A DNA stretch of 64,000 bases from Thermoanaerobaculia bacterium (GTDB taxonomy: Bacteria; Acidobacteriota; Thermoanaerobaculia; Multivoradales; Multivoraceae). The stretch is taken from assembly GCA_963664405.1 (NCBI GenBank), contig OY761158.1, positions 6,464,001 through 6,528,000 on the forward strand. Reading direction: 5' to 3'. A model generated the notes under the pieces. It searched no databases, was not told the DNA's origin, and saw only the letters and a list, made by a program, of their open reading frames with translations. This document shows, piece by piece, positions 30,707-40,541 of the stretch; the stretch's first letter is position 1, and each line of letters begins with the position of its first letter. The position numbers and the translations under genes were made by a program.

Positions 30707-32890
30707 ATGAAGAAGACGATCTTGCTTGGTACTCGCTCAGACGGCTCTCGGGTCGTCTTTCCGGAGCGTCTGCGACAGCGCCACTGTCAGGTAATCGGGG
30801 CTTGAGAGTGAGCACGATAATCGATGGGAATGTTGGCCATTCTGAGCACGGTAGGTGAGGGAAGGGTGTTTGGTCCCTCAAGTAGTGTGCTCAAGACTAG
30901 GTCCGTCGGCATCATCCCCGCCGAAGGCGGGCCGTCGGGGCCTGACGCGCAGTCCATACTTGTTCTTTCGCTGATCACGCTGAACGAGGGCTGACACGCA
31001 GCGATGGGATGAACGGCACGCTATCTGATGGGCGATCGAGGCGGTTCGCCGAGCTTCCATCGCGCTTGGGCCCCTGGTTGCGCCCTCAGATACCTTGAAC
31101 GGAACACCCATTCCCACCAGACAACGTGATCGGGTTTCCTCGAATCGCCATCAAATACTGTGAACAAGACCGTCTGAGGCAAGTGGCAGCGAAACGCAGC
31201 TTCGGCTAAGTCCTTCAAAAGGCTACGCGACCATCACTTATCGTGATCGGACCGCCATCGATTATCGTGCTCACTCTCAGCTCCGGGAAAAGGTAAATCG
31301 AAACTGCTCGAGCTGATGATCCGTAGAGACATCCTCAACGGCACCGGCACGCTCTTACTTGATCCCCACGGATCGCTGTACGACGACATTGTGCGCTGGG
31401 GAGCGGCCGCCGGTCTCATCCCAGAGATGGAGAATGTTCTCCTCTTCGAGCCCAGAGACGAAGACTTTCTCTTTGGCTTCAACCCCCTCAAACTCGACGG
31501 GCTGAGCCGCTCTCAAAGAGAAGACGCTCTTGCAGCGATGGTGCGCGCAATCGGGCAGCTCTGGGGACACGTGGATTTCACTAATACCCCAACGCTCAAC
31601 CGCGGCCTTCCGCTCATTGTCTACACCTTGTGGGCCAAAGGGCTCACCCTCCGTGAGGGTTCAGAGCTCTGTCAGCGCGGTGATCTGCAGCGCTGGGCTT
31701 CAACCGACCTTCCCGACGAGAGTTACCGGCAGGACTGGGAGTATCTGCACTCGCTCACGGATAAAGAGCTCCGCGACGAAATGCGGAGCACCTACAGCCG
31801 CTTCATACCTTTCCGGCAGAACTCGCTGGTGCGCGGCATGGTGACCCAGACCGCTCACTACCTCGACTTCAAGCGCGTGATGGACGACGGTGGTGTGGTA
31901 CTCATCAACCTCGCCAAACTCTCGGAGGACAACAAACGCATCCTCGGCGTGCTCATGATGAACGACATCTTCACCCGAGGACTGCAGCGCGAAGCCGACG
32001 TCTCACCGCTTTTTAATGTCTATCTCGACGAAGCCTATTACTTTTTCAACGAAGATATAGAACGTATCCTCTTTGGTTTGAGTAAGTTCGGGGTTGCCCT
32101 AACACTGGCCCACCACACACTTTCGCAGGCCGAAAAGGCTGGCAAGTCCGTGCGCGACGCACTCCTGCAGATACCGAACAAGATCATGTTTGGAGGTCTA
32201 CTCGTCGCTGACGCTCGTGAGCTCGCTGAACAAGCGTTCGTCGGAGAGATTCAACTCGAAGAGGTCAAGCATGTGCTTGATAAGCCCACGGTCGTCGGCT
32301 ACATCACAGCTATTCTCCGTGCTCATAGCGAGACCGTTGGCAGTGGTGTTTCCTCGTCGAAAGCGACAGGAGGCTCCTCGTCGAAAGCGCCAGGGATTTC
32401 AGGAGCCACTACCTCGACGTTTGATGACGAGGGCAACGCCATGGCGACTTCCATTATGGAGGCCGTTTCAGAGCTCAGCAACGAAACCGACTCATGGTCG
32501 AGCAGCGAAACGGAAACGCCGTTCTCGTCGGAGACCGAGGGCTGGTCAGAAGCCCTACGCCCCGTTCTAAAAATTATGCCCACAGCGACCTTCAGTCTCG
32601 AAGAACAGATCTATAAGGCCGTGGCCACCATGGTGTGCCAGCCGACGCAGTACGCGATCGCAAAACTCAGCGAGAAGCCAAGCGCACACGTTCGGGTGCC
32701 GAATGTGCGGGAGCTCCCGACGACCGAGGAGTTCGTCGGCGAATGCAAGCAAGACAACTTCGAGCGTTCATACTTCACGTCACCGCTTGCACAAGCCGAG
32801 CTCGAGGAAACAGAGCGCCGAGAGAAGCTCCTAAAGGGAGCCACGGAAGCCCTCATCCCCGAAGAGCCAACCAGCTATCGAACATACTAG
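30707..32890 (+). pseudogene. second VirD4/VirB4-like ATPase split by MITE copy 3 inside Walker A
   Basis: MKKTILLG...HCQVIGA|PGKGKSK restored by removing the MITE and one GCT; DPHG and YLDEAY motifs downstream. Confidence 0.85.
30803..31279. mobile_element. MITE copy 3 (477 bp, uninterrupted)
   Basis: 25-bp TIR, 3-bp TSD GCT, near-identical to copy 2. Confidence 0.92.
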
Positions 32891-32949
32891 ACACCCTGTC
32901 TAGAGCCGTTTCCACAGGCTCCCGGCTCTCCTGCGGGCTATAGTGGTGT

Positions 32950-33906
32950 ATGGAAGCACTCGCTCCAGCACCCATGCCAGCACGCCAGCGATCAGACGAT
33001 GGCGTTATCCCCCGCGATCGTTACATCATCGAGTCGGTCTATCGACATCGGTTTCTCAACACGCCCCAAATCGAGGCGCTGACCGAAGCGCACCCGCGCA
33101 AAGTGCAGGAGCGCGTCAAAAAACTCCGCGAGCGGAAGTTTCTAACCAAAATCCCGCTCCATCGAATGGGTCCCGGCTCAGAGCCGTTGGTCGTTGCCCT
33201 TGCCAATGCCGGCGCCGAGCTCCTGGGCGTCCGCGGCAAGACCGACTACACCAACAAAAATCGGGACCTCAAAGCACATCTGCGCGTACCGGGGTCGGTG
33301 CGCCATACGCTTGCAACAGCCGACGTGCTCATCCCTTACGAGGTGGCGTGTCGCACGCGTCCGGATGTTACGTTTGAGACGCTCGAAAGACTCCTCGCGC
33401 GCGCGGCGCGGCGAACAAGAACCGCAAGGAATCCTCTCCATTGGAAAGTCGGAAAGATCACTTTCAGAAAGAAAGAATACGCCGTTGAAAGCGTCGTACC
33501 CGATGGTGGCTTTGGTCTCCATGTTTCGAGCGCACCCGAAGGGCAGCAAAACGCCTACTTCTTCCCCGAGATCGATCTCGGCACCATGACCATAGAGCCC
33601 GAGCGAGGACTCAAGGCGTCGATCGTGAAGAAGATCCTCTGCTACCGCGAGCGATGGCTATACTGGAAAGAGCACCCCGAACAGCACCCCTTCCCCTTCA
33701 TGCGCAATGCGTGGCGTGTTCCCTTTGTGACCACATCACCTGGTCGTGCGAAGCACTTTCGAGAGGCATGCCACAAAGTTCTCGCGGGTCGGGGTGTAGG
33801 ACAGTTTCTCTTTACTGATTTCGAGAGCCTTGCGGCGTCTCCTTCCCCATTGGAACATCTCTGGATCGACGGCCGTGGAAAGAGAACAACCCTGACAGAT
33901 GAGTAG
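32950..33906 (+). CDS. replication-relaxation (Replic_Relax) family relaxase
   Basis: N-terminal wHTH (RHRFLNTPQI), HTLA, VPDG and EIDLGTM motifs; follows the T4SS ATPase. Confidence 0.8.
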   Translation: MEALAPAPMPARQRSDDGVIPRDRYIIESVYRHRFLNTPQIEALTEAHPRKVQERVKKLRERKFLTKIPLHRMGPGSEPLVVALANAGAELLGVRGKTDYTNKNRDLKAHLRVPGSVRHTLATADVLIPYEVACRTRPDVTFETLERLLARAARRTRTARNPLHWKVGKITFRKKEYAVESVVPDGGFGLHVSSAPEGQQNAYFFPEIDLGTMTIEPERGLKASIVKKILCYRERWLYWKEHPEQHPFPFMRNAWRVPFVTTSPGRAKHFREACHKVLAGRGVGQFLFTDFESLAASPSPLEHLWIDGRGKRTTLTDE

Positions 33907-34578
33907 GTGTCGAACGTTCGACACCCCCTCCATCTAGGCCCACGAGCACCACAAGAGTACGAACTCCCCCGCCGCCCAAGCAGTGCCCCCTCCGATGCCC
34001 TCGGGGGCTCTTCATGTATGAGCCTGGTCTCTCTCAGGCTCCTCACACCCCTCGCTTTACAGGTATAGGGGTGCGAGAGAGCCAGCATCGAGACCACAAG
34101 ACAGGCGCCCCAAAAGGTCGGATTACCAACCAAACACCAAACAGACCTATGGGATACATGCAAGACAAAGAGGCCGACTTTCGAGCGCTGCTCGAAGCGC
34201 ACGGCGCCGGTGAGGCTGCTGTTGATGGCTGCGAGAAAGCGCATCCCGTTGGCTGCGAGCGCAGTTTCCGGGATGGAGTGAGCTGAGGGCTTCGCGACCG
34301 CGGGAAAGCTAGGCCTTCTTCAGGAAGGGCGGCATCATCCCGCCGGAACGGCGGTCCGGGTGCGTGGTCCCGGCGGCGTGTTTGCGGTCGGAAGAGATGC
34401 GTGAGTCGGTGTAGGGCTTTGCAGTGCGGGCTCTGCTCTGATAGAGCAGGCCGACCAGAGACGGCGAGAGCCCGGGAAAGCGAAGTAGAAAACGCCCCGG
34501 GCTCTGCCCCAAACCGCAGCATTAGCTGCGCTTGCAGTATGGCAGAGAGTCGGGGTCGTCGTCGAATGGGAGGCGACG

Positions 34579-34974
34579 ATGCGACCGGACTACCGACTCT
34601 TCGACTGTGCTCGATGCCGTCGGCGTATCTCGCTGTGCTCGCACTGTGACCGTGGCCAGCGTTACTGCCGGGCTTGTGCTCTGGTGGCTCGTCGGGAATC
34701 GACTCGGGCGGCCGGCCATCGGTACCAGCGAAGCCTCCGAGGTCGGCATTGTCATGCCGCCCGTCAGGCCCGCTACCGTCGGCGCCAGCGCGAGCGGGCA
34801 GAGAAAGTGACGCATCAGGGTACCCCAGGCGGTACTTCGGGGAGGACACTGTGTCGGATCGAGACTCCGAGGCGCGAAGTGCGCTACGACCCGAGGAATC
34901 CGCGATGCATGCAGTGTGGAGAGGCCTGCCGAGAGTTTGTGCGAACGAGCTTTCGTCGTTGCCGACGGAGATAG
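34579..34974 (+). CDS. Cys-rich accessory protein inside IS21
   Basis: CARC..CSHCDRGQRYC..C motif directly upstream of istA. Confidence 0.65.
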   Translation: MRPDYRLFDCARCRRRISLCSHCDRGQRYCRACALVARRESTRAAGHRYQRSLRGRHCHAARQARYRRRQRERAEKVTHQGTPGGTSGRTLCRIETPRREVRYDPRNPRCMQCGEACREFVRTSFRRCRRR

Positions 34975-34978
34975 GGGC

Positions 34979-36487
34979 GTGATCGACGCACAGCTGCGCG
35001 GGGAGATCCGTCGTCTGTTCCTGGTCGAGAAGTGGAAAGTCGGCACGATCGCTCGACAGCTACAGCTGCACCCCTCAACCGTGCGCCGGGCGCTGGAGAA
35101 GTCCGGCGTGCTACCCCAGCAGCGACGAGGGAGGATGATCGATCCTTACCTGCCGTTCATCGAGCAGGTGCTCGGGACCTACCCACGACTGCCGGCGAGC
35201 CGTCTCTACACCATGGTGGTGGAGCGCGGCTATCCAGGAGGCCCGGATCAGTTTCGCCACCTGGTGGCCTCGATGCGACCGAAGCCCCAGCGCGAGGCGT
35301 TTCTCTCGCTGCGCATGCTGCCAGGAGAGCAGGCGCAGGTCGACTGGGGCCACTTCGGTCGGCTCCGCGTCGGCCGGGCACATCGTCGGCTCTATGCCTT
35401 CGTCTTCGTGCTGTCGTTCTCGCGCACGGTCTTCGTGCACTTCACCCTCGACACTCGTCTCGAAACCTTCTTGCACGCTCACCAGCTGGCCTTCCACTAC
35501 GTCGACGGCGTCGTCAGGACCGTTCTGTACGACAACCTGCGAACCGCGGTGATCGAGCGGCAGGGAACCGCGGTGCGCTTCCATCCCGTGCTGCTCGATT
35601 TCGCCAGCCACTACGGCTTCCTTCCCACCGTCGCCGCGGTGGCTCGGGGAAATGAGAAAGGCCGCGTCGAGCGCGCAATCCGCTTCCTGCGAAGCTCGTT
35701 CTTCGGCGCCCGAACGGTGAGCGATTTGGATCGTCTGAATCGGCAGGTCCTGGAATGGTGCCAGAGGTCGCAGCGCAGACCCTGGCCGCAGGACCGACAG
35801 CGAACCGTGAAAAGCGCCCTGGCCCAGGAACGACCTCGACTGCTTGAGCTTCCCGGAGACGACTTCGAAACCGACCTGCGACTGGAGATCAAGGTCAGAA
35901 AGACGCCGATCGTGCGCTTCGACCTCAACGACTACTCGGTGCCGCACAGTCATGTGCAGAGGACCGTCACGCTCCTCGCCAGCGAGCATCGGGTGCGGAT
36001 CCTCGATGGCCAGGAGCTCCTCGCCGAGCACCCTCGCTCGTACTCCCGGGGCGAGCAGATCCTCGATCCTCAACACCTCGAGGAGCTCCTCGCTCACAAA
36101 CGCAGGGCCCGACGACACCGGGGCTTCCATCGGCTGTTTTCCGCTGTGCCTCGATGCGAAGAGCTGATGCAGCAGCTCGCCGAGCGAGGCGAGAACCTCG
36201 GAACGCAGACCGCCGGCCTGCTCCGACTCCTGCGCCAGTACGGCCCCCAGCGACTCGACAAAGCCGTGCGCGAAGCGCTCCTGAACCACGCACCGCGATT
36301 CCAGTCCGTCCGGCTCCTACTCGAACGGCACCAGCGCGGCCTCGGTCAGCCCCCGGCTTTACCGGTGCCGCTCAGCCAGGAGCTCCAACAGCGAGATCTC
36401 TCCGTGAGACCGCACAACCTCGAGGACTACGACCAACTTGGAGGCAACGACGATGGCCCGACCCAGGAAGAGTCCAACGATCCCTGA
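34979..36487 (+). CDS. istA: IS21 transposase
   Basis: PGEQAQVDWG, LYDNL, EKGRVER. Confidence 0.93.
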   Translation: MIDAQLRGEIRRLFLVEKWKVGTIARQLQLHPSTVRRALEKSGVLPQQRRGRMIDPYLPFIEQVLGTYPRLPASRLYTMVVERGYPGGPDQFRHLVASMRPKPQREAFLSLRMLPGEQAQVDWGHFGRLRVGRAHRRLYAFVFVLSFSRTVFVHFTLDTRLETFLHAHQLAFHYVDGVVRTVLYDNLRTAVIERQGTAVRFHPVLLDFASHYGFLPTVAAVARGNEKGRVERAIRFLRSSFFGARTVSDLDRLNRQVLEWCQRSQRRPWPQDRQRTVKSALAQERPRLLELPGDDFETDLRLEIKVRKTPIVRFDLNDYSVPHSHVQRTVTLLASEHRVRILDGQELLAEHPRSYSRGEQILDPQHLEELLAHKRRARRHRGFHRLFSAVPRCEELMQQLAERGENLGTQTAGLLRLLRQYGPQRLDKAVREALLNHAPRFQSVRLLLERHQRGLGQPPALPVPLSQELQQRDLSVRPHNLEDYDQLGGNDDGPTQEESNDP

Positions 36488-37238
36488 CGAACCACTACGA
36501 GAGCTCGCCCGATCCCTCGGCTTCTACGCCCTCGTCGACGACTGGGGCACCTACCGAGAACAGCCCTGGCTCGAACAGCTGCTGCGCAAAGAAGAGGCCG
36601 AGCGCAAACGGCGCAGCCTCGAACGGCGCATCCGCACCAGCCGCGTCGGGCTCTTCAAGAGCATCGCCGACTTCGACTTCTCCTGGCCCCAGCGCATCGA
36701 CCGCGAGCAGATCCAGGATCTGCTCACCCTCCAATTCCTCGACGACATCACCAACGTCATCCTCCTCGGACCCAACGGTGTCGGCAAGACCATGATTGCC
36801 AAGAACCTCCTCTACCAGGCGCTGCAACGAGGGGCCACCGCCAGCTTCGTCACCGCCTCCGACATGCTCAACGATCTCGCCGTCCAGGAAACCCCCTCGG
36901 CGCTCCAGAGAAGGCTCTCCAAATACACCCGACCCTCGCTTTTGGCAATCGATGAGCTCGGCTATCTCTCCTACGACCACCGCCACGCGGATCTCCTCTT
37001 CGAGGTCGTCTCCAGGAGATACGGCAACAAGCCCATTCTTCTCACCACCAACAAGCCCTTCGCCGAATGGGCCGAGGTCTTTCCCAACGCCTCCTGCGTC
37101 GTCACTCTCGTCGATCGACTCACCCACCACGCCGAGATCGTCAAGATCGAGGCTAACTCCTATCGCCGCAAGGAGGCCAAGGAGGCTGCTGAAAAAAAGG
37201 CCAAGGACCGCGCCAAAAGGCGGAGCGCAGCACGATGA
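36438..37238 (+). CDS. istB: IS21 helper ATPase
   Basis: GPNGVGKT, IDELGY, LVDRLTHH. Confidence 0.93.
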   Translation: MEATTMARPRKSPTIPDEPLRELARSLGFYALVDDWGTYREQPWLEQLLRKEEAERKRRSLERRIRTSRVGLFKSIADFDFSWPQRIDREQIQDLLTLQFLDDITNVILLGPNGVGKTMIAKNLLYQALQRGATASFVTASDMLNDLAVQETPSALQRRLSKYTRPSLLAIDELGYLSYDHRHADLLFEVVSRRYGNKPILLTTNKPFAEWAEVFPNASCVVTLVDRLTHHAEIVKIEANSYRRKEAKEAAEKKAKDRAKRRSAAR

Positions 37239-37600
37239 CGCTCATGACCCGAAGCCACTATCGGCGCCAGCTCCTCCGCCTCTATCGACTCCTTCCCGAC
37301 ACCCCGCACCGCTTCCACCACGGCGACCGCGTCATCGTCGACCAGCTCTTCGACCAAGACCTGCCTCTCACCGTCCTCCAGGCCGCCCTCCTCCTCGGCT
37401 CCGCCCGACGCGCATGCCGAGATCCGCGCCTACCAAAGCTCCAGCCCATCCGATCCCTCGCCTACTTTCTCCCCATCCTCCGAGAACTCCCCACGACGCC
37501 ACCCCCCGAGGGGTACCTCGACTATCTGCGCCACACCCTGAGTCACGCCTCGCGGGGACAAAAAACCGACTCGCAGCCAACTAAGTGCGCTTTCTCGTAG
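37235..37600 (+). CDS. accessory hypothetical protein inside IS21
   Basis: ATGA-coupled to istB and ends within the right TIR. Confidence 0.6.
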   Translation: MTLMTRSHYRRQLLRLYRLLPDTPHRFHHGDRVIVDQLFDQDLPLTVLQAALLLGSARRACRDPRLPKLQPIRSLAYFLPILRELPTTPPPEGYLDYLRHTLSHASRGQKTDSQPTKCAFS

Positions 37601-37856
37601 CCGGTAACAGCTGCAGACGAACTGACGAAACACTTCAAGAATGCGCTTCTCCAGTCCTACAGAAACGGGCTCAAGACAACTCCCCGCGCTCCGCTTGCAA
37701 AGAAGGAAGCCTAAGGCATACTGGATACACATTGCATGACAGCGAAATCAGAAAAAGAGGAACGCTCTTGGGAAGAACGCGAGAGAGAGGATGTGGAGCG
37801 AGAAGTAGCCTACGAGGACGCAGTCGCGCTGTTGCAGGATGCAGTGACCAAATAGT

Positions 37857-38090
37857 ATGGAGAAGGAACCAACAAACAAAGAGCTCGGCGACCGCATCGA
37901 TCGAGGCTTCGAGGCCGCGAAGAAAGACCGCGCCTCCATTAAATCTTCGGTTGACGCCGCCCACGACAGCATTGTCGAGATTGGCCAAGACATCAAAGAA
38001 ATGAAGGGCGACATCCGGCAGATTCGAGACCTCATCCTCGCCAATCACGAACGCCGAATCAGCGACCTCGAAGGGCAACGCGTGAGCTAA
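37857..38090 (+). CDS. small coiled-coil hypothetical protein
   Basis: 77-aa ORF ending HERRISDLE, followed by a terminator. Confidence 0.6.
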   Translation: MEKEPTNKELGDRIDRGFEAAKKDRASIKSSVDAAHDSIVEIGQDIKEMKGDIRQIRDLILANHERRISDLEGQRVS

Positions 38091-38110
38091 GCATCAGCTA
38101 CGCAGGAGAG

Positions 38111-38148
38111 AAAAACACCCCCCAGCTCTCGGGGGGTGTTCTCTTTTT
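38111..38148 (+). terminator. rho-independent terminator
   Basis: AACACCCCC..GGGGGTGTT stem followed by a T-rich tail. Confidence 0.7.
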
Positions 38149-38286
38149 CGGGGAGGCCCACCCACCCCGTTCAGTCTTCTTGTGGTGCTTGAATCCGGAG
38201 CCTTGACAGCTCGCTTGGCGAGCGTACTCTGTCTGTCAGACCCCTAGTACCTTCCACAACTTAGTTTTGGAGAAAGGAGGTTCGCC

Positions 38287-38415
38287 GTGAGCGAATCTGA
38301 AGGGCCGCTCTGCGAGTGGTCGCCCGCGACGTTTCGACGTCGCTACCGTTTGTCCCTCGTCCGTGAGGCAGAGGTCCCCTACGACGCGGAGCTGACCTGC
38401 TGTAGCCGACCCGAA
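38287..38415 (+). pseudogene. RadC/JAB-like N-terminal fragment
   Basis: AAAGGAGG RBS; YRLSLVREAEVPYD...SRPE resembles the start of mobile-element RadC proteins. Confidence 0.45.
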
Positions 38416-39165
38416 GTCCTGCCGGTAGCCGAAGACCAGGGTGTTCTTGCGTTTCTTGCCGAGGCCCACGCCGAACTGCACGAGGGCGTTGAAGGCACCC
38501 TCCGTGTCGCCTCCGCCGACGTCGGCCCGCGCGTTGAAGCTCCAACGGTCGTTCAGCCCGGTGATGTACCGTCCCCCCACGAAGCCGTCGGCGTAGGTCT
38601 CTGACGTCGTGCTAACTAGGGGGTCCGTCGCCGAAGGCGGCCGCAGCTCCAGATTCTGCTCGTAATCGTAAATGCGCAGGCCGAAAAGGAGGTCGAAGCC
38701 CTCCGATTCTCCCCCGGGGCGATAGATGCCACCGAGCTCGTAGATTCCCGACTCGATGACCGCGCCGACGTTCGTACCGCTCGGCAGCATCCCCTGGTCC
38801 TCGCTTGTCGTTGTGCCGTCCGCTATTTCCATATAGAACAGATCGACGAAGAAACCGGCCGACCCACGGACACCCTCGAGGTGGGCGGTGACTATGCTCT
38901 CCAGCTTGTCGAGCACTTCGTCGACGGGGACCTCCGCCTCGAAAACGGATTTGTCGTTGATCTCGACGTCCATCGTCGATTCCGCAAGCCATCCGTAGAA
39001 TGTGAAGGTCCATTCCCACTCCTGCGCCGCCGCAGAGGTGGGGCATAGGGTCGCAGCTACGACCCACAAGGCGGCGGCCAGGACGCGACCCGTACGTTGT
39101 TGGCGCCTGACACCACTGTTCTCGATGGGATGGTGCATTTTCCTCGGGCTCCTTCTGACATTCAC
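38416..39165 (-). pseudogene. outer-membrane beta-barrel protein, C-terminally truncated
   Basis: Signal peptide, WEWTFTFYGW and amphipathic strands; normal sequence stops after LVFGYR. Confidence 0.6.
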
Positions 39166-39170
39166 GAGAG

Positions 39171-40418
39171 GTGGTGCGATCTTATTCCATTCGAAACGAG
39201 GCCGGCGTTGTTCGTTCCCCAGTCTCTCTGCAGGTGCCGCCCCATCAGTCCGAGGCCACGGGTGGTGCAGAGGGGCGCTCCGACTACGAGGGCGAGCGCG
39301 CTAGAATAGCAGCGTGCGCGGCCGGTCAGTTGTCCCGAGTCAGTCCCTTTGCAGTCTGCCGGAGTGAGACCTTGAAGCCCCGGCTGGCCGCCGCGTTGGC
39401 CTCGGCGTTCTTGACCGCCTTCGCCTTCAGCGCGGCGGCCGGTGCCGTCGGCGAAGCGAGGTGCGTGGTCACGTCGAATATCGCCCACAATCCCCCGGCG
39501 CAGGAGGGCCCCGCGCCGATCTCGGTCTTGGTCTACGTTCTCGACGTCACCAGAATCGACGACGTGTTACAGACCTTCTCGGCGCAGATCGTGCTCCAAA
39601 CGAGCTGGAGTGATCCCCGCCTCCATGCCGATGCACTGGGGTGGTCGCCCGTCGGTTGCCGCTTCCCATTGGACGAGATCTGGCACCCACATGTGGAGAT
39701 CGTCAATCAGCTCGAAACGAGCCGGCTCTGGGACGAGGTCCTCGAGGTCGACGACGACGGCCTGGTGTCCCTCAGACAGCGTCTTCTCGGAGCCTTCTCC
39801 TCGACTATGGACCTGCGGGACTTCCCCTTCGACGTGCAGATCCTGCCGCTGCGCATCGCCTCCTTCCGCTACGACGACACGCAGGTGACGCTGACCGTGG
39901 ACGAGAATCGATCCGGTCGCCTCAAGTCATTCTCCGTGAGCGGGTGGAACGTGGATCTCGCCGAACCTGCCCCATATCGAGAGGTTGTCGCATCGCAGCG
40001 TGCGATCAGTGGCGTCGACTACCGTCTACGCGCCTCGCGGGACGTCGGCTTCTACCTCTTCAAGGTGCTCTTGCCGCTCAGCCTGATCGTTTTGATGGCG
40101 GGGACCGTTTTCTTCATCGATCCGACGACCCTGGCCGCCCAGGTCGGGGTGTCCACGGCCGCGGTTCTGACTCTGATCGCGTTCCAGTTCACGCTCATGG
40201 ACCTTCTGCCACGCGTCTCGTACCTCACTCGCATCGACCGTTTCCTCATCTGGTCGACGCTCCTGGTCTTCGCGGCCCTCGGTGAGTCCGTCCTCAGTGG
40301 CCGGCTGGCCCACCGCGGCCGCGAAGAGCTGGGCCGACGCATCGACCGCGCCAGCCGGTGGCTCTATGTGGCACTGTTCTCGCTCGTCTGGCTGAGCTTC
40401 GTGCCCTGGGCTCGCTAG
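39171..40418 (+). CDS. prokaryotic pentameric ligand-gated ion channel (GLIC/ELIC-like); start uncertain
   Basis: WSDPRL, IWHP, DLRDFPFDVQ Pro-loop, four TM helices with LPRVSYLT. Confidence 0.85.
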   Translation: MVRSYSIRNEAGVVRSPVSLQVPPHQSEATGGAEGRSDYEGERARIAACAAGQLSRVSPFAVCRSETLKPRLAAALASAFLTAFAFSAAAGAVGEARCVVTSNIAHNPPAQEGPAPISVLVYVLDVTRIDDVLQTFSAQIVLQTSWSDPRLHADALGWSPVGCRFPLDEIWHPHVEIVNQLETSRLWDEVLEVDDDGLVSLRQRLLGAFSSTMDLRDFPFDVQILPLRIASFRYDDTQVTLTVDENRSGRLKSFSVSGWNVDLAEPAPYREVVASQRAISGVDYRLRASRDVGFYLFKVLLPLSLIVLMAGTVFFIDPTTLAAQVGVSTAAVLTLIAFQFTLMDLLPRVSYLTRIDRFLIWSTLLVFAALGESVLSGRLAHRGREELGRRIDRASRWLYVALFSLVWLSFVPWAR

Positions 40419-40541
40419 CGGTGGACGCCTCGCCTGCAACCGGAAGACCCCAGAGCCGCCTCAGGAGCTCGATGCCACACGAACGTCACCCACCGTCTTG
40501 TAGTATCCGAGCTTCAATCTGCTGAACTGTAGGAGGACGTC

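Larger units (their letters stand above)
34220..37609 (+). mobile_element. IS21 family element with two accessory ORFs
   Basis: ~40-bp TIRs TGTTGATGGCTGCGAGAAAGCGCA.. / TGTTACCGGCTACGAGAAAGCGCA..; 5-bp TSD GCTGC. Confidence 0.92.
34149..37714 (+). pseudogene. small 56-aa ORF interrupted by IS21
   Basis: Removing the IS and one GCTGC gives MGYMQDKEADFRALLEAHGAGEAADELTKHFKNALLQSYRNGLKTTPRAPLAKKEA*. Confidence 0.65.

Noticed and set aside
30803-31279. MITE as a group I or group II intron
   Set aside because: No GUGYG start or domain V, no convincing P7 pair conserved across copies; TIRs and TSDs indicate DNA transposition.
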